Numbered from the stretch's first letter, positions 23,490-38,857 are shown. The stretch is 64,000 nucleotides of DNA from Lama glama (GCA_028534125.1 CM052817.1:102736001-102800000); one strand, 5' to 3'. Made by a program: numbers and translations. Notes: generated from the letters alone by a model not told the origin.

Positions 23490-26400
23490 AATGAAGGAAA
23501 AAAAAGCTTCAATTTATTCATAGACCATCATTTTTTTCTCTTTGATAAGCTGTTAACATTTTTTTCCTCATAAAACAGAAGGCATCACTTCATTTTAGGT
23601 TATATAGATTTTTACATGGCCATTGTTTTTCTTGTTTACCACCTTCTATGCTGGCTTTATAGTGGTCCTAAAGGTTTTCCTTCATATAAAATATTCTCAC
23701 TAAAATATAATTGTTGCTAAATAAAATTGCCAACCATTTTGATAATTGCTTTAAGTAAAAGTTATTTTTAATGTCACACATGGCTATTTAGATTTAGCTT
23801 ACTAAATCTATGAAAATATGGAACAAATATTTCTTAAAAATCTTTTACCCTTGTGAAGAATAATAATTAGATGCTTTTAGAGATTTTTTTATATGTGAGA
23901 ATAAAATTTCATTATTTGAGGCTATCAAAAATATAGTAATAGAAACCAAATAAAAGATACCAAGGTATTTAAAAATAAAATTGACAGAATTTGTATCTGA
24001 GATTGTGATATACTAAAGTTAATCATAGATAGCAAAAATCCAGCCAATCCAGGCAAGGGACATTTGGGGACTTTGGAAATAGGATTGCTGTTTCACATAT
24101 ATTTCTTTAAAATGTTCTTTTGTGCAGTTATGTTAAGCCATGATCCCCTCCATAAACTAGATTAATAGTCAAGATTGACTTTTAAAAATAATTTAATAAA
24201 ATCATTAAGTGTGAGCAGTTTTTTTCTGTGTAGTCAGTGAGGATTTTATAGGAGTTAGAACTTTGGCAAATAGAGAGCACAACCAAGATGAATGTAGGAG
24301 TTGACATAATGGTTAAAAATAAATTTACAAAACTAATAAAATGCCTGGAACAGTAATTAACAGTTATGAACAAAATAACAATGAAACTGTACTTGAATTT
24401 AATAACACACTTAAGCCAAAGTTGAATTACTATAAAAATAATATACAGTGAGCTGATATCTGACATAAGGTACAATAAAAATTAATGTTCCCATTGAAGT
24501 CCTAATTTAAGACAACACCTCTGTTGTACACCTTTTAAATACTTCTTGTTTGTATCAAATGCAGCTCATTGTGGCCTAAAAAGATGTCAACCAGAATATC
24601 CACAATATTTATTAACGTAGAACACTACACTTCTCCTACCACACCAGATAAAATAATTTAATGTATTTATTTTAACAAAAGGCCCATAGTTACTAACTCT
24701 AGACTATCTAGTAATTTTTTTTTAATTTCTAGTACTAACTGTGGTTCTTAAAGATAGCCACAGTTGATATTTGACTTGTCATGCTATTACTGAAAAGAAC
24801 AATGTTTATCCTGAAAGTTTTACTGCAATTCATCTCTAAACTTGACTTCACCTGTAGAAGTTTCATCACAAAAATATATCTACTATTGGTGTATGTCAAG
24901 ATTGAGTCTACTATCTTTTGTAGAACAACCACAGATTTGTATATCAGACAGTCTGGGTTCTAACATCTAACTTTGCACTGTGACCCTGCGAACATTATAT
25001 ACCTTCTTTGAACCTCAGTTCCTAAACAAAGTGAGAGCATGACCACAGTTCTCAAAGGGTGGCATAAAGTTTAAAGAGAGTTACTGCATGTGCCTGGTAC
25101 TGGGCTGGATACAGTATAGTGGCTAGGGTTAATGCCTTTTTTCACCTCTCTTTCCCATTCCTAATATTTTGGCTAATTGGAGATTAGTGAAAAAAATGTA
25201 GAAGTTGTTACTGGAATAAATCAGCTCCACTAAAAAGCTCATTATATTGCAGGCAACAGTTATACATTTCCAAAGTAACATTCCATAAGATCGAAAAATT
25301 GCTTTTAAAAATGTATTTACATATTACAATTCATATGCAAGAAGAGCTTTTTCAAGGCAACAATGACAAAAAACAAATAAGCTAAATCTGTGTGTATAGT
25401 TTAATTTTGTAAAATGAAGACCAATTCTCAATTTTATTAGATTTTGAATGTTCATGGACAGGTAACAGAACCAAAGCTACTTCATATAGCAATCTATATC
25501 AACATCAAAAATATCAAAATAGAGTTTCTCTAAAGGAAGGAGCCTTTTTTTAAATGGGTTGATAATAATAAGAAGTTTCCATTATTTGTCCATGAAACAT
25601 CCTAAGAAAGGTGCAAATTCAAATAAGATTCTAGTAGAACTTGGCACATAAACTTAAACATTTCAATCACCCACTACTTTTCACTTTCTTGTAGCTTCAC
25701 TCACTCAATCTCACATATACAGACATTAATATTTAAAAAAAAACCTGGCTTTAAAGCAGAAAATTCATTTTCTACAGTAAAAGCAGTTCACCATATTTAT
25801 ATACAATGCTCTCAGTCACAGAAATGGATTTTCCTCATAGAGATGCTAATTAACATATACTATTATGTTCAACTTTCAAAAAGTGTCTTTTAGGAGGATC
25901 TGCTCGATCACGTGACAGAATTCTAAGGCATTATAAGTAGTTGTTCCATAGGACAGGGGCTGCCCTTGCAATGATATCCTTTTGTTACATGTAACAAGTC
26001 TTGAGTCTTCAAGTGCTACCATCTAGACAGAGAGAGACGTTCATAGTCTACAGGTGGTTGGCTCAAAGGTCAAAAACTTTGTTTAAAAAATGTTTATAGA
26101 ATAGCACCATAGAAAGTCTTTCAGAAACCAATCCTTTTTTTTTCCAACATTGCATTTTTTAAAAAACTGATTCCTAGGAAGAGAAAGAAAGAGATCTTTC
26201 AATTCTTACAAGGGTTACTTTCGCTTCATTTCATTTCATTTAAAAAAAAATACAACATTAACCATGACAACACCAACAGTAACAACTACAACAGATCAAC
26301 AACAAAAGAAAGACCATAGCAGCAGTGGAACTTGAGTAGGAGCCATCCAGGCAGTCACTTGGAAGAATCCTGTTCACACCTGTCGGGAGTTTTCTCATCA

Positions 26401-27204
26401 TGTTCACAAGACATCACAAGGCTTCTTGGATTTGGTGGGAAAAGGCAGCAGGGAAAAAGAACTGAGTTTACCTATCATCCGGGCATTTTCCAGCTCTTAC
26501 GTAAATGACGTCTACAGTTAACTTCAATAATAGACACTACTGACATTTCAAACTTGTCAAAATGTCAGTAAAATGAAATGGTCTCAAGATCTTTTTTATG
26601 TTGCAAAGAGGTTAGTTGAGCCTGCAAGTGAAAATAATGAAGCTGAAATATTCCAGTTTCCAAACACTGGGCACACCCACACTTAAAGTACAAGCCACCC
26701 TGAAATGACTCCCGTTGCACAGCACTTTAGATAGATCTGGTTTACGTTGTCTTCAAGATACCAAGCCAAAGCAATGATCATAAGATACGAGGTGAGGGTT
26801 TTCCAGTTTATGACCTGCAAGGTCATTTTATTTCTCCTATATATTAAAAAATTGTCAAAAAGAACACTCTTCAGGGTCACAGACCCTGAACAGAACTGTC
26901 TGAATTGTGAAGCATCTATGTTGAGCTGTGAACAAAGGCTGCGAAGTCTTCTTTGAAGCATGAGATGCTTGTTCACCAGCTTTATTTATACTTATACTGT
27001 CAAGAATAAAGTTCAAATATCCTGGCAATGCTGATCAGGAAACTGGAAACTTCTCTTTTAGTTCATAGATAATTCTGGTCTTGCAGTTTCCTTCTGCTCA
27101 AACTTGTCATATAAAACATTTGTGCTAAAATCTTCATTTTAAAAAAGAAATACATCTTCTCTCCATTATGCACATCCCTTTAGGTTCTGATGGAGGTTTT
27201 TGTG
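23490..27204 (-). other. TLL1: Putative TLL1 3' UTR with alternative poly(A) signals
   Basis: AT-rich and mostly unique sequence after the stop codon. Minus-strand AATAAA occurs at 26986-26981, 25438-25433 and 23518-23513. The true 3' end cannot be determined from sequence alone. Confidence 0.5.
24930..25125 (+). mobile_element. MIR fragment within the putative TLL1 3' UTR
   Basis: 'tcagacagtctgggttctaa...ctgtgaccctg...ttgaacctcagttcct'. Confidence 0.5.
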
Positions 27205-27339
27205 TTAGTTTTTGGTATGCATGGTATCTGGATATCTGATGCTTTTGTATCTTATGTGAAATCCTTTCTTGCTGATGGTGTCATCAGTGTGAAAATGAAT
27301 TAAAACTGTTTCACCAATTGAATAGATCGCTTCTGGTGG
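27205..27339 (-). CDS. TLL1: TLL1 terminal coding exon (end of CUB5 and stop)
   Basis: ttcag|CCA; encodes [44 protein letters not shown], 135 nt, phase 0. Confidence 0.96.
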   Translation of the reverse strand, partial: PPEAIYSIGETVLIHFHTDDTISKKGFHIRYKSIRYPDTMHTKN

Positions 27340-28475
27340 CTGAAGACAAAAACAAACAAAGCAAATAAACAAAAGGAATAAGTTACTTTTTCTTCCATGT
27401 AATTCATGTTTGAGAATTTTTTTTTTTTGGTATATAATTTAATCCTCCCAACAACCTTGAAAAGCGGTCAACAGTGACTTTATTTTACAGATGAGAAAAA
27501 CTTGAGTTTCAGAGAACAGATGATATACTCAATGTCATAAGGCTGATCAGTGATATAGCTGGGCTTCCAACATACTTAAGTCAGTTTCCAAGTTCTGGAA
27601 CTTGATGTTTTTTCCAAAATGTTAGGCCAAGTTCCTTTGATTTACAAGTACATAAAGTGAAATTCAGAGGGGATCAAGGGACATTAAATCTGTTTCAGAA
27701 GCTGCTCCAAGGAAGAGCCACTTTCAGAATACAAATCATCTATTCCTTCTTGTTTTAATAATCTATGTACCAAGAAGCATTTATATTCCATTTCAGTTGC
27801 TACTTGGACAGGAATCCCAACTTGAATATTATTCAAGTTCAGTATTATTTAAGCAATATATACTGGTAGACATTTCAAAAAATAAGATTAATATCTTCAG
27901 GAAAAAACATGTATTCAGAAGAACATCTGACCATAATCCAGTGAATCTTGGGAAAAAAAAGCACTGAGAAAGTCCTAAGCTTTTCTTTTTCTTGTTTCTC
28001 ATGGTGACACCCTCTGACATGTTTCTGGCACTCTGTCCTGTGCACAAGTGACACACTGAAGTGCAACAACATTCAACAGTACTGGCTAAGTGGTGGACCC
28101 TGCCACTTATCAGATTGTTGAGACGGGAATGCCAATTTGAATGGTGTGCATATGCTTTTTCTCCTTTATGCTTTAATTTAGGACAGTTTACAAAATTGTC
28201 AAAGATGTATGTTTAGGTCCATTGCTTTTAGATTATTAAATATTTAACTTTTTTGCACAATGAAAACATGAATTTAAAAAGATGTGGACAGTAATTAGAA
28301 AGTATAGCTACCAAATTCATCTGCCTTGTTTGATATTATTGAACAAATTCACTAGAGATGGAGAACTAAGGGAAGAAGAGGCATGTTATAATTTGTCAAG
28401 CCATTAATAATATGATGTAACTTTTTTTTGGTAAAAGTACTGCTGATTTGTATATGTTACGCATATCAATCATCA

Positions 28476-28820
<345 letters not shown>

Positions 28821-28919
28821 TTAACAGTTTATTCCAATTTCGCTTTCAATGTAGTCTAACGACTCTCTAAGTTTGGTGTTTATTTCCACCATTAGTCACT
28901 TTCCCCATATTTTAAGATT

Positions 28920-29170
28920 GAGATGGCAGAATGAATACGGTCACAGGCCCTCGAGAAACTGCTGAGGCAGGATCTCACCTCCCACACCTACCGGCTCGGT
29001 GACTTTCGATAAGTGACATCACTTCTCTGATCTGTTGGGTAAAGTGGTCAAGAGTAAAATGCAGATGATAATAATAGTACCAATCTTAATGGCTTTTGAG
29101 AATTTAAGTAAAACATGACAATCACTTAAAACAGTTTCTGCCATATGTAACTCTCAATGAATTTTTTTTA
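28920..29170 (+). mobile_element. MIR SINE
   Basis: 'gtgactttcgataagtgacatcacttctctg...gtaaaatgcagatgataataatagtacc'. Confidence 0.55.
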
Positions 29171-32100
29171 TTGTTAGATCTCACATTGTTTTCAGTATTA
29201 AAGAACTGTTTTCATGGGGAAAAGGTCAATGCCTTAATTTGAGTTTAATCTTAATAATTTAATTGAAGAATCCAGAGGAATAAGAAGTAACTTAAAATCA
29301 ACAAAATATATAAAACTGCTATGTGTATACGTGTCATAGAGAACTCTCTACATAGAATATGCAGAACAGTTTTACTTTATTTAGAAATATTTATCTAACT
29401 CGGTTGGGAAAACATACACACATCATTAATTGTAGTCACCATTGTAATTCCAGAACCTAGTCAGTTATATGTTGTGTTTTTAACAAACAAAAAATTTAAA
29501 TGCTCTTTTTACAGCTTCTTTCTCAGAGAGCTAATAATAAACATACACTTTACCAGTTACTACTTTTGTCAGTAGAGGTAAATTATACCAAAGAAATAAA
29601 TATGCTTGCATGAAAATTTAGTGTAATTTAGAGAATAAAATTTTCAAAATTTTCTCAGGAACTGTTTGTGGTCTGAGACCCCAGATTTTACAATGACTAG
29701 AGATTAAATTAAAGTAAAGGGAGTTTACAATGCTCCCTCCAACAAGTACACGTGCAAACATACATGGCTGGGGCGAGGGAGGAAAAGAGGGCTGTGAAAG
29801 GTGTCAGGAGAAGGTAGAGTTTCCTTCTACCCTTATTTGTCAATGACTGAGGTTCCCGGGAAGGAGGAATTGCAGTACTAAAACCAGGAAAGTCCCCAGA
29901 AAACTGGGATGAGTTGAGAGGAAACAAAAACAAAACTCCAATGTGGAAAGATTTGGATGGCTAAGCCACTGGTTATCAACACACAACTGTATCTGTGGCA
30001 TGGTCATCTGGCCAGATAGCCCTTGGCAGCCCCCTGTGGGATGCGTCAGGACAGCTAAAATTCTTCGTTGAGTTTTTTGATTTGTATATGGTATACCCAC
30101 ATTGTGGTTTGGTGATTTTAAATAACAAAATATTTCTGAATCCCAAGGATGGAATCCCGTCCAGCTGTGTCTGAATACACGTCAGCCCAACCAAAACTAT
30201 GGTCATTGTCACAGACAACTGCACATTCAGAGACCTTTGTGTGGCTAACATATGAAAGGGCTTCCAACTAGGGTTTCAGTCATGAGAATGGCTTCCGCAC
30301 CATGTGACATGATGAATCTAAATGTCCCTTTGTCTTCCAGATGGTTAGGTGGGGCGTCTTGCACAACCTATTGATATAGCTACCACTATTTCAGATGTAA
30401 ACATGTGACAAAACACATGTGCTTAGAACCACTATGGGAAGCTGGTAATCTGATCAGTCTTGGGAATCATCTCGTGAGTCCCACAGACTGGAAGCCAAGC
30501 ATCCTTCCTTTCCCACCATGGTACCTCTCTGCCCTTTCCCTGTGATGCAACCCCACAGCCAAATGGCTTGGATACATAAATCTGAGCTCTGCTCTTCATT
30601 AGCTGTGGGACTTCGTCCCCGGCTTCATTCCTAAAGTGGAGATCATACACAGTACCTACATCATAGGGTCTAGGTGAAGAGTGATGGGCTAATACATGCA
30701 CAGTTCTTGAAGGACACCCAGCCCACAGGAAAAGCCATCTAAATGTACACTACCACCATCATTGATATTTTTTTCTAGTGAGGACATTTAAATGCCATCA
30801 TCTACACTTTTAGGCATCCACTCAGGTATGAAAAGAAAAGCCAGAAAAATTGAAAAACAATTTCAAGCACTATTAATCTGTTTTTCAGAAAGGAGGGATT
30901 ATATTTTGGAAGGCTAGTAAAATATTTTGGGAAAATATTTCTGAAGTCAACATGTGAATGTATAAACCAGTGTAATCTCATTTACAGATACTAAAAAAAA
31001 CCCTATTTATTCTCAAAGTTTGATAGAATTGAGTGATTTTTTTTATTTCCAAGTTAAAAAAAAAGTCTGTACTCTTGTTACTTTTATTTCACAACCCAGG
31101 AAGGGGTGGACTGTGAGATAGGACAGGCACTGTTTCTGTGTGCCTGCTTCAAACAAAGCAGCAAAACAAAGACCAAGATCCAGAAGAGACGATTCTCTGT
31201 TGGCCTCAGCTAAGAGCAGAAATCAAGAAGGAAATGAAGTATTTGAACAAAATGAGAAAGGAGATTTCACAAAGCCTATGTGAATCTGAAAATGACAGTG
31301 AGGCATCATTATTTGATTTTACTGAAAACTTCTAGAAAATGACAATACTCAAAATAAATGACAAACTACAATTAAGAATGACTGAAAATGTTTCAGAAAG
31401 AGTAGCCTTCATTTTAATTTGGAAATTAAATTTCCTGGTAAAATGTTAAATCCCTGAGAGTGCCAAATGAGTTTAGGCATTATAATTTAAGTTACATCAA
31501 AATAGTTTCTTTTTTTGGAACTTATTAATATAATATTTGATTTTTAAATGTCATTGACAAATAGGATGATACTTTATGCTACAGAAAAAAATCCCACCAT
31601 ATATGGCATATTTTAAATTATTTTCTCTCCACATTTCCCTTCTTTTTCTGTTTTAGCACCATATCCTCTGAGAGAATATGCTATATTTTTATTGAAAGAG
31701 CTGGGTGTTTTTTTTGTTACTTGATTAAAATAAATTTGGCTTAGAATTTGGACCTACTTTTAGAGGAAAAAAGGACTCTTTCCAATAAAGTCTATTTTCC
31801 ATGGATTTGGATAGTATTACTTGTGAAAAATTGTCATAAAGCACTGTTAATATTTCTATTCACCTGGTTTCAAAATTCATAGTATTAGAGGATTTTCTGG
31901 TGGGTAAAATTTAAATTATATGCAGAAATATAAATTTACTCAATGTATACTGCAGGGCCCATCAATAATAGTTACATGTATTCTAGAAGGCAGTAAATAC
32001 TGAATAAATGCTTTATATGTGTAGTGGAAATTGACAAACGTGGTACTGGACTTGGCTGTCTTGTTGGTAGAAACTGACTAATAAATCAGAAGTTCAGAAA

Positions 32101-34648
32101 CTTCTGAAAATCAGAAGTTTAACTTATCAGACTATAAGATGTCAACAGGAAGGAATTCCTTCCATTTTTTTAAATAAATTCCCACAAAATGTCTAATTTT
32201 TTCCTATGAATTACACATACTTCATAGTGCCTATTCAAAACAGGTACCAAGTAAATATTTGATGAAAAACTGTGGAATAAATAAGCTGCTAAAAAGAAAG
32301 CTTTCAAAAGAAATAAATAGTAGGCAGTACGAAAGAATATTTCAGCATGTATGTCTACCCAAAAATAACAGTATAAAATGAATCTGCCCAGAAAATTCAA
32401 AGACAGCTGGTTAAGTGACGGCAAAAATTTACACATGAAGAAAACAAACAAGCAAACAGATAATGCCAAAAATTTTGACAAGAGCAAGTGGACAGGAGTT
32501 GGGAGGTCAGCACTCTAACTCCAACTGTTATTTTTTTTTTTGCACTATTTTGGTTGTTATTTAAGTTTAGTCTCAAAATCTTCATTTCTGAGATGACAGA
32601 ATGGGATCAAACAACATCCAAGGCATATTCTGCCTACAGAATGTGACTGAGGCTGCTCACATGGGGATTTGAATGAATGTAAACTGAACAAATAAATAAA
32701 ATGAGCCTAGTCAGTTGGGTACTTTGAACAAAGGGTTTGTTTGAAACTTACATAAGGAGGTATTCAGGCTCTACATGTTGCTCAAATAACAGAGATCCAG
32801 TTTTGTATTGTTTTCTTTCTAATCTAAAGTTTATGTTAAGAGAAAATATACCATAGTGGAAAGTACACGAACTCTGGAGACAGTCAGAATTAGGATAAAA
32901 TTCAAGCGTTGATATAATTTTAGAAATCTTTGCAAATGAATTAAGCCTTCAGATTTTTAATTTCTTTACTCTGAAGATGAAGATAGTTCCTACATCATAT
33001 GGCTCTTTCGAGGACTCAGTATGTGTAGTTTATAGTAAGTAAATGTATATGTGCCTGAAATGTCAATATATATCATTGGATTGGATTGGACACTGTAAAT
33101 AGGGTCCAGAGCAGAGGCTGTGCAAATTAAAGAGTCACGGAGTTTTATAGTTGTAAGGTAAGATAACAGTTTTATAGCTGTAAGGAAATACATAGCTTGA
33201 GATTTAAGGTAAAGGTAAAGATAAAAAGAGAAACTGTAAAAGTAAGTTTTTATTAAACTAAGAAGAATTTATAGGTAAGTAATTTAAAAATACTCTATCA
33301 GCTTTCACTGTCAGCTTTCTAGAGTTCTGATAGCCTATTTTCACACTCCATTCTTGGAATCTGTGACAGCCAGGATTATTTTAAAAATTATGCCATTAAC
33401 TCTGTGCTGTCAGAAAAATATTGATGAACTAATGGGATTCCAATTTTTCCATTCTTTCAACGCATGACACATTATCAAAAAAAAATTTCAAGAGTAAATA
33501 TTAAACGTATGAAAAAATCTTTCAACAGTATAACATTTTTTTAATCCAAGAAAGATTTTTCTCAAATCAAAATAATTATATTAATCATGAGAAGTAATTA
33601 TTTTTGTGTTATTGGGGAGTCCAGTTAATACTAGCATGAATCAGACCAATATCCGGACAATATCTACTTTCTTACAAATAGACTTCAATATAAATCTAAT
33701 GCTCATAATAAAATATACTAGAGTGGCAAATGATACTGGACTATGGCATAAATTAAAGTTCTGATTTCTAAAACAAAACGAAAGTCAAAGAAAAAACAAT
33801 AATCAGAAAACCATGACAAAAATGACTACACCAAAATTTCTCCGTGGATGAATTTGTAGACTACCATGCTTTGTTTTACAAGATAGATTTCTCCTGGTGT
33901 CTCAGTAGTTTATGCACTGGAAATGCCACTAGGTGTCACTATAAGATAAATGATTTCAGTAAATACCTACAATTAACTGATTTCTTTTTTAACTAAAAGA
34001 AAAAAAAAGGGCATTTACTAGACATTTATGGAATATATTATTAGATTGGCTTCAAATTATTAAAATATTAGTATACACTTTTGTCTAAAATTTTCTATAT
34101 TTTTCTAAATTATATTTTATTTCTTAAAGACTTCCATTACAGCTGGAATCTATAAGCATCAAATTAGGGATTAGGATTAGGGAAAATATTGTGTTGCATA
34201 TTAAATAAAAGGAAAAACAATGAAGCTCTGTAAAACAGAGAGATAAATCCCAAATTTGATTTTCAAAAATATATTAATGCAAAATTTAGCTAAACAGGTC
34301 AGATTACAAACAAAATTTTGAAGACTAAGCTACGGATTTCTATCTGCTAAAAATAACCTATAAATCAAACCACTAAAGTTAACATGGAGTACATTATACA
34401 AATATTTAGAGGTAGTTCTGCTTGATCATACCACAGTGAACATGAATCAGATCAAACTATTGCATTTTTTTCTAAATGTTCAGCAACTACAAAGATATTT
34501 AGGTAGGATGCTATGTGATTCTCAAATATTTCACACCGTGCTTCAGTGAGATTTCTTCTGATTCATTTATAATCCTGTTATAGGATCCCCTGCACGCACC
34601 AGAAGAGAAGGCTGGCTCTTCTTAGAAAAGAGCAGCACCCCTGATTTA

Positions 34649-34867
<219 letters not shown>

Positions 34868-37800
34868 CTATTTTAAAAGAAAGGAACAAAAACTCAAAAA
34901 ACCACATACCACTGAAAATAGGTTCTTTTCTTTGGAGCAGAAACATGGAGCAAAAAACATGTTCAGGCCATGCAAATGATTTAATCCTTGTAGTACATTA
35001 CTGAAAGGGGTGTGAAATCAATAGACTATAAATATAATGAGGAAAACAATGTACTAACAATGTAAAACTCTGAAATTCTACTATTTGACTATTGCAACTA
35101 ATTCTACTATTGCCATTGAATCTACTCCAGAATTTAGACCAATTATAATAAGAAACTGGTATTTTATTCTGAATGTAGTCTTCATGCATCAGGAAAATTT
35201 AAACAATTATATTAAAAGATGATTCCTCCTGGTTTTGATGATCATAAACTATTGAACATCATCCTACTTTCGAGCATTTAAACTAAGAAGAAAATCCCAA
35301 AAAGTAATTTAAAAAGTAATTATTTTCACAAAAAAATAAATGTAGTAAATCTTAATAGATTTATTTATTTAGGTCTCAGAGAGATAGTACACTTATGCTA
35401 ATATTTGGAGTCTTGCAAAATTTAATATGTTTTTTCTGTGTAGGTGTTTTAGCAAATTCTTAAACATTTATGAAATATATAACATTAAATACAACAACAG
35501 AAAGTTTTATTGTGGTGGACTGAAAATAACAATTACCCAAACTATTAATACTTCCAGAGATTCCAGGTAATTTGCCAATTGCTAATTAAGGCTTTTTCCT
35601 TTTCTCAGAAAAACCATCATACATTCAAGAAATAGACCATTGAGTCTAATTGAGTCTATAGAGCAAAGCTAAAAAAAACAAAGGAACTAAATTTGTGGAA
35701 ATATAAAATACGCTTGAAAATGTATTAATTTTGCTACAATCCCTGCAGCATAAAATATTTGCAGATACACTTTTTACATACAAGTTTTCTTTAACACAGT
35801 TTTGTGAAGTGATCTTAATTCTCAATTTAAGACATACATTTTGTATTTTTGTAAGAAAAAAAGTGACTAAGAATGGTTCTCCCTCAGTGCTGGCCACATT
35901 TATCAATTCCGTACCACACCACCACTGGCTCTCACTTCTGACTTCGGAGGAGTAAGGGACAAAAATGAAGAAAGCGATTTATATTAATTAGGGAGCAGGA
36001 AAAAGGAGTGAAGAGACAAAAGAAAAGGAAGAAAGTTGATCTCTCATGTCTCATTCCACTGGGCCCTACTTAAAAGTATAAATTAAAATGTTATAACCAA
36101 TAAGCATTAGAGAATCATCATTTATTATAATTATTATGAGTGAAAAGGAATACTCACTTCATTCAACCAAAGACACTGGATAGTGCAAAAAAGATTAAAC
36201 ACAGCACAAAAGAATCTCACTGGAGACAAACTAGAGCAGAAAAATATAGTGAGCAGGGAAACTAGCAGAGTTTATTTAATCTGAAGCACGACATTCAAAG
36301 TACATCATCACTTAAGGTTTGTCACTAGATTAATCTCAGTAATCTATAGCAGAAAGTGAAGAAAAGTAGACACGCAGGGCATAGAATATAGAAGACCCTG
36401 AACGGATGGCTGGCTGGATATCTGGATAAGTCTGTCCATCCATCTACCTACCTATCTAAAGCCCTGTTTATGGCCAATATGGATGGGAACACTGTGGATA
36501 CGGCAAACCAAAACTTCTGGTTTTCTGCCTTTCATGAGATGCTAACTCAGTCAGCTTTTATTATCTTTGTGTACACATAAACAGTCTTAATATTCATTTA
36601 TAACTATTAAGAAACCAAGAAGAGAAAATTGGCTTAACTGCACCCAGAGTTTTTAAAATTAAACATGAAACCAAACTTCTGAATAATAAGGTAATTATTG
36701 TTTAAAGAGAAAAATAATATCTGAAAACCACTGCAAGTCGAATAATTGTCTCTTTTGAATGCACCTTAGAGTCATTCATCTATAAATATAAAGAGCAGAG
36801 AAATCTACTGTGTAGAAGAGAAATTTTTAAGAATGATGAGCGTGATGGAATTCTAAACTGTATCCTTTAAGTAAAAGCTGAAACTGGGATCAGAATTTCA
36901 GACCACATATGTTCAGTCCATTGAAAACTAAGTGAATGAGCTAACTAAGTGGCTACTTCATTCTCTAATGAAGTGCAGGGTGTCTGGAGTACATCTTAAC
37001 TTCTGTTTTACAGAGCAGAGAGACACCACACAAAGTGGCATTGAACTGGTGGGTTGAGGGCATGTTGACACCTGGTCTGGAACCAACTGGCTCCAACATT
37101 TTATCAAATTACTAATGGAATCAGACTGATTCTCTAAGAGTCAGATTAGGCAAAGGTTTTGTAGCTGACACATTCTCAAGCAACGCAAATAACTCTCATT
37201 CGTTAAAGTTTTATGAATTTTCCTCTTGGAATTAGAAGAATTTTGTTAGATCAGCTGTGACAATTGGGTGGTCCTTTTCCAGAAGGCAGTTTAACCCAAA
37301 TGCTCCACCACATACAAGCAAAATGTGACTAGTTCACGTGCCGAGATCTCATAAACCTGCCCTGTAATGTCACATAGAGACACCTCCATACATAGTGACT
37401 TGGCCTTAACAAAAAATACTTCTAGGCCACAGAAAGGTATTATAGGAGTCCAAGGGAAAATGGACAATTTTTAAGAACAGTTTTCAGAGTTCCCAAAGAT
37501 AAGTAAGATACACAGTTTATTACTTTATTCTATCACACATTCTGAGCCTATGCCTATGTCTAAATGATGCAGAATGTGAAAATTTCCAGCCACCAAGAAC
37601 CAATGCCACAGAAATACTCCTCCAGAAGACACTTACATTCCTAAAAAAGATTCCTCAAAAGTCCTTCAACTTTACAATGGAGACAGAACGGAAAAGCTGA
37701 TGTGTGGAGCTGTAAGGAACCTGATTTTTGCCCTCTTTGGGGGAGACTTTTAAATATTTTTTCCATGCCTTTACACTAAGACTTTACAGACATTCTGATA

Positions 37801-38819
37801 TTCAAATATTTAAACTTTATTCACTCCATGATTATATTTCTATGGTCTTAAGGTTAATAATCTAGGTTTTAGAGAGACCAGAAAGAGTGAATAATTGTAC
37901 TTTAAAGCTCTGGGGAGAGTAACTATGTTTCTCCAACACCCAAGCAAGCTCACCTAACTACCTGGTCACCAGCCAGGCTTCCCTATGAGGCCCCCTCGGA
38001 TGAACAATGGTAGGGGTTCTAAAGGCACTGGCTAGAGGCCAAGGTCTTTACCTTCACAGTCACCACACATAGTCACAAAGGACAAGATAATAAAACGATA
38101 ACACTAAATGCAAAAAATAAAATACAGCCAGGCTGACCATGTAAACTTCAAAGAATTTAAAGAGACTGATACAATGTGAGCAATTTTGAGAGGACATCCA
38201 GAGGCTCCCTCATTCCAGCCATCCTTTTCCTTTTCCTGCCTTCAGTAAGAACTATCATTTGGTTTCCCACAAGATATTGGAAGGATTAGAGGCCCCTGGA
38301 AAAAATGGCTACATTTTTTAGAATACAAAGCCCAGTCTTCTGATTCAAAAGATCTCTTCTTTTCCATGAATCCTCTATAACTGCAATCCAATATACGTTT
38401 AATAGATTTATGGTGGAGAATTATACAACACTTGTGGGTGTTTTTGGTTTCTAAATATCCCATATATGAAGCTATAAATTGCAACTATGTAACTTAGCAG
38501 AACTTTAGGATATGATAAATCAAAAATGACATAAACATATCAGCTTGTTGCTGTGTATTCCTATGCCTAGAATTTTCTTTGTTTGTTTTGTTTCGTTTTT
38601 AATGAAGAGTAACTCAGAATATGAGAAAAGTACCAAAAACTTAATGATCAGCTGAGTCTCTCAGAACCAAGATGGGATGAAGCCAGCAATGATGAACCCT
38701 TTTCTTCATTCACTCAGAACTTTATCCCTTTTCTAGTAGGAAGACTTTTTCCAAGTATCTTTAGACCATGGTTTCTTTTACTTTAAAGCTATTATTGTGC
38801 AGTCAGCATCCCATGATTA

Positions 38820-38848
38820 AACACACACACACACACACACACACACAC
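38820..38848. repeat. (AC)n microsatellite
   Basis: About 14 perfect AC units. Confidence 0.95.
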
Positions 38849-38857
38849 CATGGCAAA

